A stretch of 64,000 nt of DNA from Pseudomonadota bacterium (GCA_009924135.1 RFSE01000001.1:4518-68517), one strand, 5' to 3'. Shown: positions 1 through 10,009, counted from the first letter of the stretch. The notes: generated by a model from the sequence alone, not told the origin. Program-made: numbers and translations.

Positions 1-47
1 AACCAAAGCGTCGCCTTTTGCACGCACTTCCGCTTCACTCAGTCCCC

Positions 48-1631
48 ATGAATGCTACGCAACGCGCTTTCGAGGGCCTCCTCGACCGTCACTTTGAAAC
101 GGCCCTGGCTGACAACCCTGTCTGGGCCAACCATGCCGGCCTTCGCGCCGGGGAAGGGAAACTGGGTCGCGCCACACTTGCGCACCTGCAACGCCAGGAT
201 AAACACCGTTGTCGCACGCTCGCCGCGCTCGACCAGCTCAACCCGCGCGATCTCGCCAACGAACAACACCTCGACCGCCTCGCGCTCCGCGCCATGCTCA
301 ATCGCGAATGCGAAGACTTCGCCCGGGGCCGACACGAAATCGATCCCGGCGGCCTGGATGCCGTGCTCAACCTGCTGCAGCACGAACTCCAGCGCGGGGA
401 TGACGAGCCGGCGCGCGCCCGGAAGAACATTCTTGCGGTTCTGCGCGAGACCCCCCGTTTTCTGGCTGAGGATGCCGCCGTCGTAACGCGGCCCGAGCGC
501 GTCTGGCGCAAGGTCATGCAGCAGACCTTCGCCGGGGCGGGCGCGCTCTTCAATGCGGTGGACACGTTTCTCAAGAAACCCGCTACCACCGCTGCGCGGC
601 GGGCCGCGCAGACCTATCACGACACCGTGATGGGCCGAACCCTGGCTCCGGAAGGTTCGTTCGCCATCGGGCCAGAGGCGATGCAGCGCCGCGTGCGGGA
701 GCAGATTGGGTTGGACTACACGCTGGCCGAAATTGAAGCGCTGGCCTTGGGTGAGGTTCAGCGCGTTGGGGCCTTGCTCGACGGAGAGTGCAAAAAGTTT
801 GGCAAGGGCCGGAGTGTCGAAGCCATCATTGCCGAGGCCCGGGCTGAGTGGAATCCCGGCTCCGATCTGCCCGCAGTGTATCGCGCCGAGACGCAACGGG
901 TGGCTGACGCCTTTCGGGCTGCGCAGGCCGTAAGCTTTCCGGTGGGCGACGAACTCCAGGTGCGCCTCGTGCCGGAGTTCATGCGGCATCTCTATCCCAC
1001 CGCTGCATACTCTTCGCCTGGTGCTTTTGAGAAGCGGCAGCGTGGCGTCTTCTGGGTCAACGATCTCAGCCTCACCAAGACCACTGAGGCGGACAAGCTC
1101 GCCGAGCGCCAGCAACACTTCGGCCTTAGCCTCACCAGTGCGCACGAGGCCTACCCGGGCCATCACCTTCAATTCGTCACCGCTAACCGCCACCCGCGCA
1201 AATGGCGACGCCTCTTCGCCCACGCCGTCTTCTACGAGGGCTGGACGCTCTGGTGCGAGCAGATGATGGTGGATCTTCAGATTGATCGCTCACCGTGGCT
1301 GCGCGTCCAGCAGCTTCATGACGCACTTTGGCGCGTGCACCGCATCCTCGTGGACTTGCGCCTTCAGACCGGGCGTTACACCTACGAGCAAGCCGCTGCG
1401 CATCTGCGGAAGCACCTTGGCTTCACCAAGGCCCGGAGCGAGGCCGAGATCAACTGGTATTCCGCTTCGCCCACCGTTCCCATGAGCTACTGGCTTGGCC
1501 GGCTGGAAAACGCCCGTCTCCACCAGCGCCTGGTTGGGCAACGCGGCTGGACCTTGCAGCAGTTCAACGACTGGCTGTTGAGCTTCGGTACCATTCCGCA
1601 GGCGTGGATTGAGCGGTATGGGCTGGAGTGA
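48..1631 (+). CDS. DUF885 family protein (metallopeptidase-like)
   Basis: ORF 18..1631 starts at a TTG; the first ATG is at 48. Motif SAHEAYPGHHLQF matches the HExxPGHH signature of DUF885. Amino-acid composition is balanced, whereas the antisense ORF 39..1223 is R/G/P-rich. Confidence 0.7.
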   Translation: MNATQRAFEGLLDRHFETALADNPVWANHAGLRAGEGKLGRATLAHLQRQDKHRCRTLAALDQLNPRDLANEQHLDRLALRAMLNRECEDFARGRHEIDPGGLDAVLNLLQHELQRGDDEPARARKNILAVLRETPRFLAEDAAVVTRPERVWRKVMQQTFAGAGALFNAVDTFLKKPATTAARRAAQTYHDTVMGRTLAPEGSFAIGPEAMQRRVREQIGLDYTLAEIEALALGEVQRVGALLDGECKKFGKGRSVEAIIAEARAEWNPGSDLPAVYRAETQRVADAFRAAQAVSFPVGDELQVRLVPEFMRHLYPTAAYSSPGAFEKRQRGVFWVNDLSLTKTTEADKLAERQQHFGLSLTSAHEAYPGHHLQFVTANRHPRKWRRLFAHAVFYEGWTLWCEQMMVDLQIDRSPWLRVQQLHDALWRVHRILVDLRLQTGRYTYEQAAAHLRKHLGFTKARSEAEINWYSASPTVPMSYWLGRLENARLHQRLVGQRGWTLQQFNDWLLSFGTIPQAWIERYGLE

Positions 1632-1890
1632 GCTGGTACCTGGGTTGGAACCGTCGCATTGGTTCGCAGCCAATTGTTTTGTTCGTCGATTTGAGCCTCA
1701 AACGAACGGAGTTGTGGCTGCGACCACCGGGACCATGGATTTGCAAAGGCGGCTGCGGCCAGGCATGCCGAGCTTTGAAAACGCCCTGGCAACGCCACTT
1801 GTTCACTGTCCACCCAGTATCCCCATCTCTTTGCGATGGTTGGGTGGCAACAGACCTGTTCACTTGAACTATCAATTTCCTGAAAACGGT

Positions 1891-1918
1891 TTGACTTGGC
1901 CTGCTCCCTGACGATACT
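1891..1918 (+). promoter_or_regulatory. possible sigma70-like promoter (TTGACT-N16-GATACT) upstream of the FHA gene
   Basis: TTGACT at 1891-1896, a 16-nt spacer, then GATACT at 1913-1918, about 20 nt upstream of the ATG at 1939. This is a motif match only. Confidence 0.25.
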
Positions 1919-1938
1919 CAGTTCAAACCGAACGACAT

Positions 1939-2454
1939 ATGCCGAGACTTGTCTTGCTAACAGAAGGATTCACCGGTCGGTCCTTCGAGTTGAAGGCTGA
2001 ACGCTCCACCGTTGGGCGGTTGGAGGATAATAACTTTCAGATCCCCGCCCCGTCCGTTTCCAGCCATCACTGCGAAATTCTGCTCAAAGGCAATGATGTG
2101 GTTGTTAAGGACCTCGATTCGACCAATGGCACGTTTATCAATGGAGAGCAAATTTCCGAGCTGGGCCTGCAGGTGGGGCAGACCGTCCGGTTTGGCTCCA
2201 TTGAGGCAAGGCTTGAAGCCTCAGCTCCGACCGGGGCCTCCGGCAAGAAGGTCCTCGACAAGACCGCCGTCCTTCCGCAGGGCGTCAAACTCAACGAATT
2301 TGAGACCGGCACTCAGAGGATCACGACCATCGACAAGAACGGTCCCTTCAAGAAGAAGACCAACAAGACCACGATGATTTTCATCATTGTGGGTGCCGTG
2401 CTGTTCATCGGCATTCTGGCGATTCTCGGCTTTGTCCTCTTCGGGAACAAGTAG
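1939..2454 (+). CDS. FHA domain protein with C-terminal transmembrane anchor
   Basis: FHA-like core (STVGRLEDNNFQIP...SSHHCEI...DLDSTNGTFINGEQI). C-terminal hydrophobic helix MIFIIVGAVLFIGILAILGFVLF. Confidence 0.75.
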   Translation: MPRLVLLTEGFTGRSFELKAERSTVGRLEDNNFQIPAPSVSSHHCEILLKGNDVVVKDLDSTNGTFINGEQISELGLQVGQTVRFGSIEARLEASAPTGASGKKVLDKTAVLPQGVKLNEFETGTQRITTIDKNGPFKKKTNKTTMIFIIVGAVLFIGILAILGFVLFGNK

Positions 2455-2463
2455 CCTCGCCGG

Positions 2464-3453
2464 CTAGCCTTTCAGCCAGCCGCAAACGTCCTTCGCCGCG
2501 TAGGTGATGATGATGTCGGCTCCGGCCCGGCGCATTCCCAGCAACGCCTCTAGCGTCACGGCCCGTTCATCGATCCAGCCCTTCTCAGCCGCCGCCTTGA
2601 TCATGGCGTGCTCGGCACTGACGGCGTAGGCCGCCGTGGGATAGCCAAAGGTGGTTTTCACCCGGTGCAGGATATCCAGATAGGCCAGCGCGGGCTTCAC
2701 CATGACCATGTCCGCGCCCTCGGCGATATCAAGGGCGACTTCGCGCAACGCCTCTTCGGCATTGGCGGGATTCATCTGATAGCTCCTGCGGTCGCCAAAT
2801 TGCGGGGCAGATTCGGCGGCCTCGCGGAAGGGGCCGTAGAACGCGGAGGCATACTTTGCCGCGTAGGACAGGATGGGCGTGTCTTGAAAGCCCGCCCCGT
2901 CCAAGGCGGTGCGGATCGCCCGCACCCGGCCGTCCATCATGTCGCTGGGGGCGACCACATCCGCTCCGGCCTCGGCATGGCTGACGGCGGCCCGGGCGAG
3001 GAGTTTGAGCGTGGGGTCGTTCAGGACCTTGCCGGCTGCGCGGTGTACGATGCCGCAGTGTCCGTGGCTCATGTACTCGCAAAGGCAGACATCCGTGATG
3101 ACGAGCAGACCGGGCAGTTCACGTTTCAGCGCCCGGACGGCCTGCTGCACAATCCCATTGCGGGCATAAGCGCCGGAGGCCTTTTCGTCCTTGGTATCAG
3201 GAATGCCGAAGAGTAACACCGCCGGCACTCCTGCGGCGTGGGCGGCGGTTGCGTCCTTCACCAGTTCATCCACGCTGAGCTGGCTGACGCCCGGCATGGC
3301 TCCGATGGGACGGCGCACTTTGCTTCCTGGCCGGGCAAAAAAGGGCAGCACCAGCTGGCGGGCGTTTAGTTCCGTTTCAGCCACCATCCGCCGGAGAAGG
3401 GGGGACTGGCGCATCCGCCGCGGGCGGTAATCAGGAAACGCAGGCTGGTTCAT
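2464..3453 (-). CDS. hemB: porphobilinogen synthase (delta-aminolevulinate dehydratase), zinc type
   Basis: 329 aa with an N-terminal RPRRMR motif. Cys-rich metal site DVCLCEYMSHGHCG. Active-site region EGADMVMVKPALAYLDI. Confidence 0.92.
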   Translation of the reverse strand: MNQPAFPDYRPRRMRQSPLLRRMVAETELNARQLVLPFFARPGSKVRRPIGAMPGVSQLSVDELVKDATAAHAAGVPAVLLFGIPDTKDEKASGAYARNGIVQQAVRALKRELPGLLVITDVCLCEYMSHGHCGIVHRAAGKVLNDPTLKLLARAAVSHAEAGADVVAPSDMMDGRVRAIRTALDGAGFQDTPILSYAAKYASAFYGPFREAAESAPQFGDRRSYQMNPANAEEALREVALDIAEGADMVMVKPALAYLDILHRVKTTFGYPTAAYAVSAEHAMIKAAAEKGWIDERAVTLEALLGMRRAGADIIITYAAKDVCGWLKG

Positions 3454-4445
3454 CGCTGGGCGGAGACGGTGAGGTTGGTGTAACGGACAGCGTCCGGGTC
3501 GAGCATGGAAATGCTGAATGGAATCAGCTTGTGCGCATCCACCACCATCTTCGTATCCACAAATTTTCCGAGCGAAACACCATTCTTATCAAGCAGCTCG
3601 CATTCCACTTTCACGTCAAAATATGGCACATCAGAATGGTTGGTGATCATCCCGCGGACATATTGCAGCGCCGTGCCTGGTTGCTTTTCAACCTTCTGAC
3701 TCAGGACGGCAATGCCTTCCGGGGCTGGCTTGCCGTCCGCGCCCTTCTTGGGCCGGATGGAAAGGTAATATTCGCCCCAACGCCAAGCAGCGACCAGCGT
3801 GAGCACCAGTACCAGACTAAATCCGATACGGCGCACCCAGTTGGGCTTTTCGTCAACCTTTACCGGAATCTTAACGGCGGTACCGCAATCTGGACACTGG
3901 GCCACCCCGGCCGGAACCTTGGTGCCACAGAAGTCGCATCGGACCGGCTTCGCGTCCGGATCGTCGGCCCCGTCCGCCCACTGGGTTTTGACCACCATGG
4001 ACTTCTTGGCAGCGGGTTTGGCCCCGGCTTGGGAAGCGGGCGGCCGTGCGATGGGGTTCGCGGCGCGGGCGGCAGCGATGGCCGCTTTCTGGGCCTCGGT
4101 GAGCGGTTTGCCGGCGACCGGCTTGGCCTGGGGCGCAGCTGTGGCAACCGGGCGGGCGACGGGTTTGGCCTGGGCCGGTTGCGCCGGAGCAGGAGTTGCC
4201 GGAGCAGTAGGGGTGGGCGCAGCTACGGGGGCTTCGGGACCACCGGCGGCGGCATCCAGCACCGTCTGCTGGCCGCAGTGCGGGCAGTTTACCGTCATTC
4301 CGCGCGCACTGGCCGGAAAGGAAATACGCCCGTTGCAGTGGGCGCAGGGACTTTTCAAATATTGCTCTTGGCTCATGCGCGCAAAGCGTCGGCTCGAAAG
4401 TCGGTCAGTTGTATCAAATTCGAGCGCAGTATCTTCCGCTGCCAC
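3450..4445 (-). CDS. double zinc-ribbon membrane protein with Pro/Ala-rich linker
   Basis: Two CxxC...CxxC ribbons (CAHCNGRISF..CPHCGQ and CDFCGT..CPDCGT). A long A/P-rich linker, one TM helix (IGFSLVLVLTLVAAW) and a C-terminal ~110-aa domain. The stop overlaps the hemB start (ATGA at 3450-3453). An alternative start is at 4376. Confidence 0.6.
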   Translation of the reverse strand: MAAEDTALEFDTTDRLSSRRFARMSQEQYLKSPCAHCNGRISFPASARGMTVNCPHCGQQTVLDAAAGGPEAPVAAPTPTAPATPAPAQPAQAKPVARPVATAAPQAKPVAGKPLTEAQKAAIAAARAANPIARPPASQAGAKPAAKKSMVVKTQWADGADDPDAKPVRCDFCGTKVPAGVAQCPDCGTAVKIPVKVDEKPNWVRRIGFSLVLVLTLVAAWRWGEYYLSIRPKKGADGKPAPEGIAVLSQKVEKQPGTALQYVRGMITNHSDVPYFDVKVECELLDKNGVSLGKFVDTKMVVDAHKLIPFSISMLDPDAVRYTNLTVSAQR

Positions 4446-4481
4446 TCACATTCAACCAGAAAACCGACCGGCCTTCGTGTT

Positions 4482-7076
4482 TCATGGCGTTTCCGATGCC
4501 CCGGTCAGGGGGCCACTGATGACGGCCACGGCGCTGGCCTGGGCGAGGAAGTAACGGCTGGCCACCTCCCGTACCTGAGCCAGGGTGACGGCTTCGTAGC
4601 GCGCGTCATCCCCTTCGTTGTGCGCGTAGCCCAGGCCATACAGCTCATCGAGCGCGTGCAGCATGGCCTGTCCGCCGAGATCCTGCCGGGAGATCTTCTT
4701 CTGGCCTATGATCTTGGCCTTGGCGCGCTTCAATTCCACCTCGTTCAACCCCTCGGTGCGAAGCAGTTCGGCCTCGGCCAGCAGCTCCTTCTCCACCAGT
4801 CCGGCCTTTTCGGGTGAGGTGCCGCAATAGAACGCGAAGTAACCGGGTACCAATCCCGCCAGATGCTGCGCCCCGACGTAATAAGCCAGGCCAAGGCGCT
4901 CGCGGATGCGGGTGAAGAGGCGCGACCCCATGTCGCTGCATGCCTCCTGGATCAGATCCAGGGCGTAACGGTCATCGTGCCGCATCGTCGTGCCGGGGAA
5001 GCCGATGGCGATGACGGCCTGCTTTTTATCGCGGGTGTCGGAGGCGCGTCCGGGGGTGAATTGCGAATTGGCAATTGCGAGTTTCGAACTGGCTTTCGGC
5101 GCTGCCTTCCACTTGGCAAACGACTTCTTCACGGCGGCCACCACGCGCTTGGTTTCCACTGCGCCGTAGATCGCGAGCACGCAGTTCTCCGGCGTGACCA
5201 GTTGCTGGTGCAACGCGGCGAGGTCGGCAACTTGCATCCGCTTCACTGTCTCCTCGGTGCCGAGCGAATTCAAACCGTAGCCCGCATCGCCGAAGAGGGT
5301 GCGACGCATCAACTTGAAGCAGCTCGAGAGCAGCTCGTCGCGTTGATGGCGGAGATTGCCCAATTGAATCTCCCGTTCCCGTTCCAGCTCGGCCTTGGGG
5401 AAAGCCGGCCGCAGCAACACATCGCCGACCAGTTCCAGGCCCAGGGCGAAGTCGTCGCGCAGCACTTCCGCCGTGACGCCGATGCTGTTGTTGCCACTGT
5501 AGGTGTCGAGACTTCCACCGATGCTTTCGATCTCCGTCGCCAACTGCTCGGCGGTGCGGGTTTTGGTGCCCTTCATCATCACCTTGGCCAGCATTGAACT
5601 GGCCCCGCAGTTCGCCGCCTGTTCGGCCAGCACGCCGCCGCGCAAACCGGCACGAAAGTAAACAAACGGCAGACGGTGTTCTTCCTTCACGAGCAGGCGC
5701 AGCCCGTTGGGAAGCTGGAACAACTGGATGGCGCTCCGGCTGGTGACTTCAACACTCGCCGTGCTCTTGGGTGCGGTACCCTCGGGCAGCAACGCGTAGA
5801 GCGTGCGGTTTTCCGCCGTCAGATACTGGCGGGCGACGCGTTGGAGGTCAGCGGGCGTGAGGCGGCGGACGGAGTCGAGGAAACGCTGGGAGAAGTTCAG
5901 GTCGCTTGCGGCGAGCCAGTTGCCTCCGAGGTCCTGCGCCTGACCGGCCATCGTCTTGCGGGTGGCCAGGGTGCCGGAGGTGAACTGCTTCACGGCCTTG
6001 GACAGTTCGGTCTTCGCGACTGGTTTGGCCTTCATCTTTTCCACCTCGGCGAGCATCGCGTCGCGGGCGGCAGTGAACTTGTCTGCGTCCACCACCCCAC
6101 TCATGCCAAAGAGGCCGGGCAAGCCGGGGTTGTAGGTCCAGGCGTCGGCGGAATGCGCTAGCGCCTGTTTCTCCCGGACGCTCTGAAAGAGCCGGGAGCT
6201 GCGCCCGCTCCCCAGCAAGGTCGCCAGCACGTCCAGTGCAGGAATGTCAGCATGCCGCACGTCGGGGATGTGCCAGGAGAAGTGGAAGTGCCCCAGCTCG
6301 ATGGGGGCTTCCTCGATGGTTTCGCGGGCGGCGGCCTGGGTGGGTTCCTCGGGTAACACCATCGGAGGGATTGCCCGGGAAGGGGTTTTCGCCCAGGCGT
6401 TCTTGATTTGCGCGAGCACTTCGGCGGCGACGAAATCACCTACGACCACGAAGAAGACATTGTTCGGGGCGTAACGCTCCCGGTAATAACTGACGATGTC
6501 TTCCCGCTTGAGCGTGTCGAAGATGTCCCGGTAGCCGATGATCGTGAAACGGTACGGGCTGCGCGTGTAAGCCGTTTCAAAGAGCCGGCGGCCAGCCCGG
6601 CGACCGGGATCGTCGTGGCCCATGTCCATTTCGCGCCGGATGACATCCAGTTCCTTGATCAGCTCGTCCTCCGGGAGGGTCGCGTTTTGCATGATGTCGC
6701 ACAGCACGTCCACAGCCACCCGGGTGCCGGTGTTCGGGGCATCGATGTGATACACGGTGCGGTCAAAGCTCGTGTAGGCGTTCATGTAGCCGCCCGCGTC
6801 CTGCACCTCCTGGTCGATCTTGCCGGGCGGCCGCGTCGCGGTGCCCTTGAAAAGCATGTGTTCCAGCACGTGGCTCAAACCCGCCCCCAGCCAGCGGCCT
6901 TCATGCACGCTGCCGGTCTGCGCCCAGGCCTGCACCGATACGACCGGCGCACAGCGATCTTCGCGCAGGACGACCGTCAGGCCGTTGTCGAGCGTGGTGA
7001 CCGTGGTGCCCGGGGGAATGGCCGGAAGTGAACCAGTGGAAAGCGATGAACGATGAGGTGCGCGGGCAACAGCCAT
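4482..7076 (-). CDS. M16 (pitrilysin/insulinase) family zinc peptidase, fused two-lobe form
   Basis: HxxEH motif HVLEHMLFKGT. About 864 aa, with a second non-catalytic M16-like half. The ORF extends to 7238, but the ATG at 7076 (MAVARAP...) avoids overlap with the divergent gene. Confidence 0.8.
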   Translation of the reverse strand: MAVARAPHRSSLSTGSLPAIPPGTTVTTLDNGLTVVLREDRCAPVVSVQAWAQTGSVHEGRWLGAGLSHVLEHMLFKGTATRPPGKIDQEVQDAGGYMNAYTSFDRTVYHIDAPNTGTRVAVDVLCDIMQNATLPEDELIKELDVIRREMDMGHDDPGRRAGRRLFETAYTRSPYRFTIIGYRDIFDTLKREDIVSYYRERYAPNNVFFVVVGDFVAAEVLAQIKNAWAKTPSRAIPPMVLPEEPTQAAARETIEEAPIELGHFHFSWHIPDVRHADIPALDVLATLLGSGRSSRLFQSVREKQALAHSADAWTYNPGLPGLFGMSGVVDADKFTAARDAMLAEVEKMKAKPVAKTELSKAVKQFTSGTLATRKTMAGQAQDLGGNWLAASDLNFSQRFLDSVRRLTPADLQRVARQYLTAENRTLYALLPEGTAPKSTASVEVTSRSAIQLFQLPNGLRLLVKEEHRLPFVYFRAGLRGGVLAEQAANCGASSMLAKVMMKGTKTRTAEQLATEIESIGGSLDTYSGNNSIGVTAEVLRDDFALGLELVGDVLLRPAFPKAELEREREIQLGNLRHQRDELLSSCFKLMRRTLFGDAGYGLNSLGTEETVKRMQVADLAALHQQLVTPENCVLAIYGAVETKRVVAAVKKSFAKWKAAPKASSKLAIANSQFTPGRASDTRDKKQAVIAIGFPGTTMRHDDRYALDLIQEACSDMGSRLFTRIRERLGLAYYVGAQHLAGLVPGYFAFYCGTSPEKAGLVEKELLAEAELLRTEGLNEVELKRAKAKIIGQKKISRQDLGGQAMLHALDELYGLGYAHNEGDDARYEAVTLAQVREVASRYFLAQASAVAVISGPLTGASETP

Positions 7077-7249
7077 AATCAGGGCGCGGAACGTAGCGGG
7101 TTCCCGCCCAGACCGCAAATGGAGAGAAGTCCAAGTTTGAGGCAAAACAACCGCAGGTGGGTTTCTGCCTAAGAGGGAAGTAATCGCGCAACAGGCTTCC
7201 GCCTTGCCCGGTGCGATTTTTTTTGCTACGTACTTCACCCCAGCCGGCC

Positions 7250-9181
7250 ATGATACCCTCGTTTAACGACCAAAAGCTCCGCTTTTCCCGCTCTTTGGAG
7301 CGCAAGGAGCTGCCTGATGGCACCCGCTTGCTCAAGCAGACCAATCGCGGAGAATATCTTGGCCTGAGCGCCCAGCAGGAGAACATCCTGTTGGAATTCG
7401 ATGGTCAGCGCACCGTGCAGGACGTGCTGCAACGGCTCCTGCACCTCGAAGGTCATCCGAAGATCGGCGCGTTTTACGATTTGGTGATCTCGGCCAAGAC
7501 CAAGGGGTTTCTTGCGCCTGTCGGTCTGACCACGGCGAATACGGACCACGTGACGGGCAGCCAGTGGCCCGTCCGGTGCACGACTTCGGGCGCCCTCGCG
7601 CTGGCCTGCTGCCTCATTGCGGCGGGCGCGACGGCGGTCATGGTATCTGATGTCCCGCTCATACCGGATTTGCCGGGCTGGTTTCTCATGCTGTTTTGCG
7701 TCTCCGCGTGCTTGAGCCTGGCCAATCTGCTCGCCGGAGCCGTCCTGAGCGGACTGGGGCGCGAAGTGTACCAGCCGGAAGTGCGGCTGGACCTGGTGCT
7801 GCCGTTTTTCTCAGTGGACACCCGGGACGCTTTGATGGGCGGCCGGACGGTTGAGGCGCTGACCGCGTTGCAGATGCTGGCGGCCCCCTTTGCGTTCGCC
7901 TTGGTGGGGTGGGCGGCGAACTCCACGCCGGTCTTCCTCGCCGGCTGGGTTACTGCGCTGGTGCTGACCTCGCCGTTTGGCGGCTCACCGGCGCATGCGT
8001 TGCTGCACGCGCTGTTCCGCAAGCGTCACGAACTGCCGCGCTGTGCGGATACGTTTCTGAACCAGAAGTTCCTTTCGCAACTGCTCAACTGGAAGGAGTC
8101 CTTGAGTGAAGAGCGTTACTTCATCATGCACTCGACCTGGGCGGTGCTCTGGCTGGGCGCGGTGTTCCGGTTTGCCTCAGAGCTGTTGAGCCGGCAGTCC
8201 AACCTGCTGTTTGAACCAGGCGCGCAGTCGGTGATTCTGGTGCTCGCGCTCGTGGTAGCCTCCCCGCTGGTTTATGGCCTGTGGCTGGTGGCCAAGGCGG
8301 GGCATCGTGTGCTCGCGCCCCGGCTGTCTTCGGCCGAGTCGGGCTTGTCGCGCAGTCCCAACGGCGCACAACGGCCCGGCACCGAGGAGACTGTTAAGTT
8401 TCTCTCCGGCACGTTGCTATTCTCCCAGCTCTCACCCGAGGAGGTCCGGCAGGTCGCCGAAGCTATGGATTTTATCACTGTGCCGGCGGGCACCTTGATC
8501 ATCCGTGAGCGCGATCCCGGCGACCAGATGTTTGCCATCCGCCGGGGTCGGGTCGAAGTGCAGAAGGAGGACGAGGCCGGCGCGGCCCGGCCGGTCGCGC
8601 AGCTCAGCGCCGGTGATGTTTTTGGCGAGGTTGCCCTGCTGCAACAAACGCCCCGTAACAGTTCGGTTGTGGCCGTCGAGGTCACCGAGTTGTTCGCGCT
8701 GAAGAAGGTGGACTTTGACCGCTTGCTGCTCTCGACGCTCGGGGCCAAGAAGATTCAGGAGGCCGTGCAGGTTTGTGCGTTCCTGCGGCGCAATTCGCTC
8801 TTTGCGGACTGGCCGCCGCATGCGCTGATGAAGGTGGCCGGGCAGTTTACCTTCCAGGATTGTAGCGCCGGTGCGGAAGTCATCAAGGAAGGCCGGCTCA
8901 ACGAGTGGTTCTACATCATTTACGAAGGCGAGTTCGGCGTGCGCAAGAAAGGGACGCAGGTGGCGACCCTCGGGCCGGGTGATTTCTGCGGCGAGATCAG
9001 CCTGCTGCAAGGCACGGCGGCATCCGCGGATGTCTCCGCGACCCGCAACAGCCGCTGTCTCAGGCTGGGCAAGGAAAGCTTCCTGCAACTCATCAGCCGC
9101 GATTTTCTCACCGGCATCGCCATCGAGCGCACTTCCGACCGGCGCGTGGTGGAGCTGAAGAAGAAAGGCGGGACGCTGTGA
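7250..9181 (+). CDS. polytopic membrane protein with two C-terminal cyclic-nucleotide-binding domains
   Basis: Two cNMP-binding signatures (FGEVALLQQTPRNSSVVA and FCGEISLLQGTAASADVSA). Several hydrophobic helices in the central region. The first ATG is at 7250; the ORF opens with GTG at 7211. Confidence 0.75.
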   Translation: MIPSFNDQKLRFSRSLERKELPDGTRLLKQTNRGEYLGLSAQQENILLEFDGQRTVQDVLQRLLHLEGHPKIGAFYDLVISAKTKGFLAPVGLTTANTDHVTGSQWPVRCTTSGALALACCLIAAGATAVMVSDVPLIPDLPGWFLMLFCVSACLSLANLLAGAVLSGLGREVYQPEVRLDLVLPFFSVDTRDALMGGRTVEALTALQMLAAPFAFALVGWAANSTPVFLAGWVTALVLTSPFGGSPAHALLHALFRKRHELPRCADTFLNQKFLSQLLNWKESLSEERYFIMHSTWAVLWLGAVFRFASELLSRQSNLLFEPGAQSVILVLALVVASPLVYGLWLVAKAGHRVLAPRLSSAESGLSRSPNGAQRPGTEETVKFLSGTLLFSQLSPEEVRQVAEAMDFITVPAGTLIIRERDPGDQMFAIRRGRVEVQKEDEAGAARPVAQLSAGDVFGEVALLQQTPRNSSVVAVEVTELFALKKVDFDRLLLSTLGAKKIQEAVQVCAFLRRNSLFADWPPHALMKVAGQFTFQDCSAGAEVIKEGRLNEWFYIIYEGEFGVRKKGTQVATLGPGDFCGEISLLQGTAASADVSATRNSRCLRLGKESFLQLISRDFLTGIAIERTSDRRVVELKKKGGTL

Positions 9182-9978
9182 GCGCTCTTCTCAAGCTACT
9201 GCCCGTGGCCGCCGCCGCCGGCGTCGCCGTCATGAATGCCGACACGTTGAAGAAGAATCTCAACGTCATCGGCAAGGTGCAGGTCGCCGCTACTTCAGGG
9301 GTCGAGATGCAGGGCATCGCTGACGCCGTGGCCCAGGATTTTGTCGATACCAAGGACCTGCCGGTTGACGACTTTGGTGCGTTTCTGAAGGAAAACATGC
9401 GCGAAAAGGGCGGGAAGGAAACGCGTGACAAGTCCAAGGACCCGTGGGGCACCGCGTACCGGCTAGCCTTGGACGTGCCGAAGAACGGCTTCATCGTCCA
9501 GTCCGCCGGGCCAGATAAGTCGTGGAAGACCGACGATGATCTCAACTACTTCTACTCCCTCACCGGCATTGCCGGGAAGAATGCGATCAGCGCCGAGCTG
9601 GCCAGCCGGGCGCACGCCGCATCCTTGAAGCAGGGCACCAGCGCCAGCCTCGCCAGCGCGGGAGGCCCCAGCAGTACGAATGCGAGCAAACCGGCTCCTG
9701 CCACTCCCAAGACCAACGCTCCACCGGTGAAACCGTCCCAATCGGAAGAGGAAACCACGCGCAAGGTCATCGAATCCCAGACCAAGCGGGCCGCCGCTGG
9801 CGATCCCCAGGCGTCGTTCGACCTTGCGATGCGCTACGTCACGGAGAACGGCGTGTTCAAGGACTACGGTGAAGCGAAGAAGCTGCTCGAACAGGCCGTA
9901 AAAAATGCCGACTCCCAGACTCTCAAGGACAAGGCTCAGACCCAGCTCGACAACCTGAACAAGGTGCTGGGCAAATAG
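9178..9978 (+). CDS. GspG-C-like (pseudopilin-like) domain protein with C-terminal Sel1 repeat, no prepilin leader
   Basis: Motif DPWGTAYRL...GFIVQSAGPDKSWKTDDDL resembles the T2SS GspG C-terminal domain. AAAGDPQASFDLAMRYVTENGVFKDYGEAKKLLEQAV fits a Sel1 repeat. The GTG start overlaps the upstream stop (GTGA at 9178-9181). Confidence 0.5.
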   Translation: MSALLKLLPVAAAAGVAVMNADTLKKNLNVIGKVQVAATSGVEMQGIADAVAQDFVDTKDLPVDDFGAFLKENMREKGGKETRDKSKDPWGTAYRLALDVPKNGFIVQSAGPDKSWKTDDDLNYFYSLTGIAGKNAISAELASRAHAASLKQGTSASLASAGGPSSTNASKPAPATPKTNAPPVKPSQSEEETTRKVIESQTKRAAAGDPQASFDLAMRYVTENGVFKDYGEAKKLLEQAVKNADSQTLKDKAQTQLDNLNKVLGK

Positions 9979-10009
9979 TGCGATGCCGTGGCAAGCACCC
10001 AGCCGTAGT

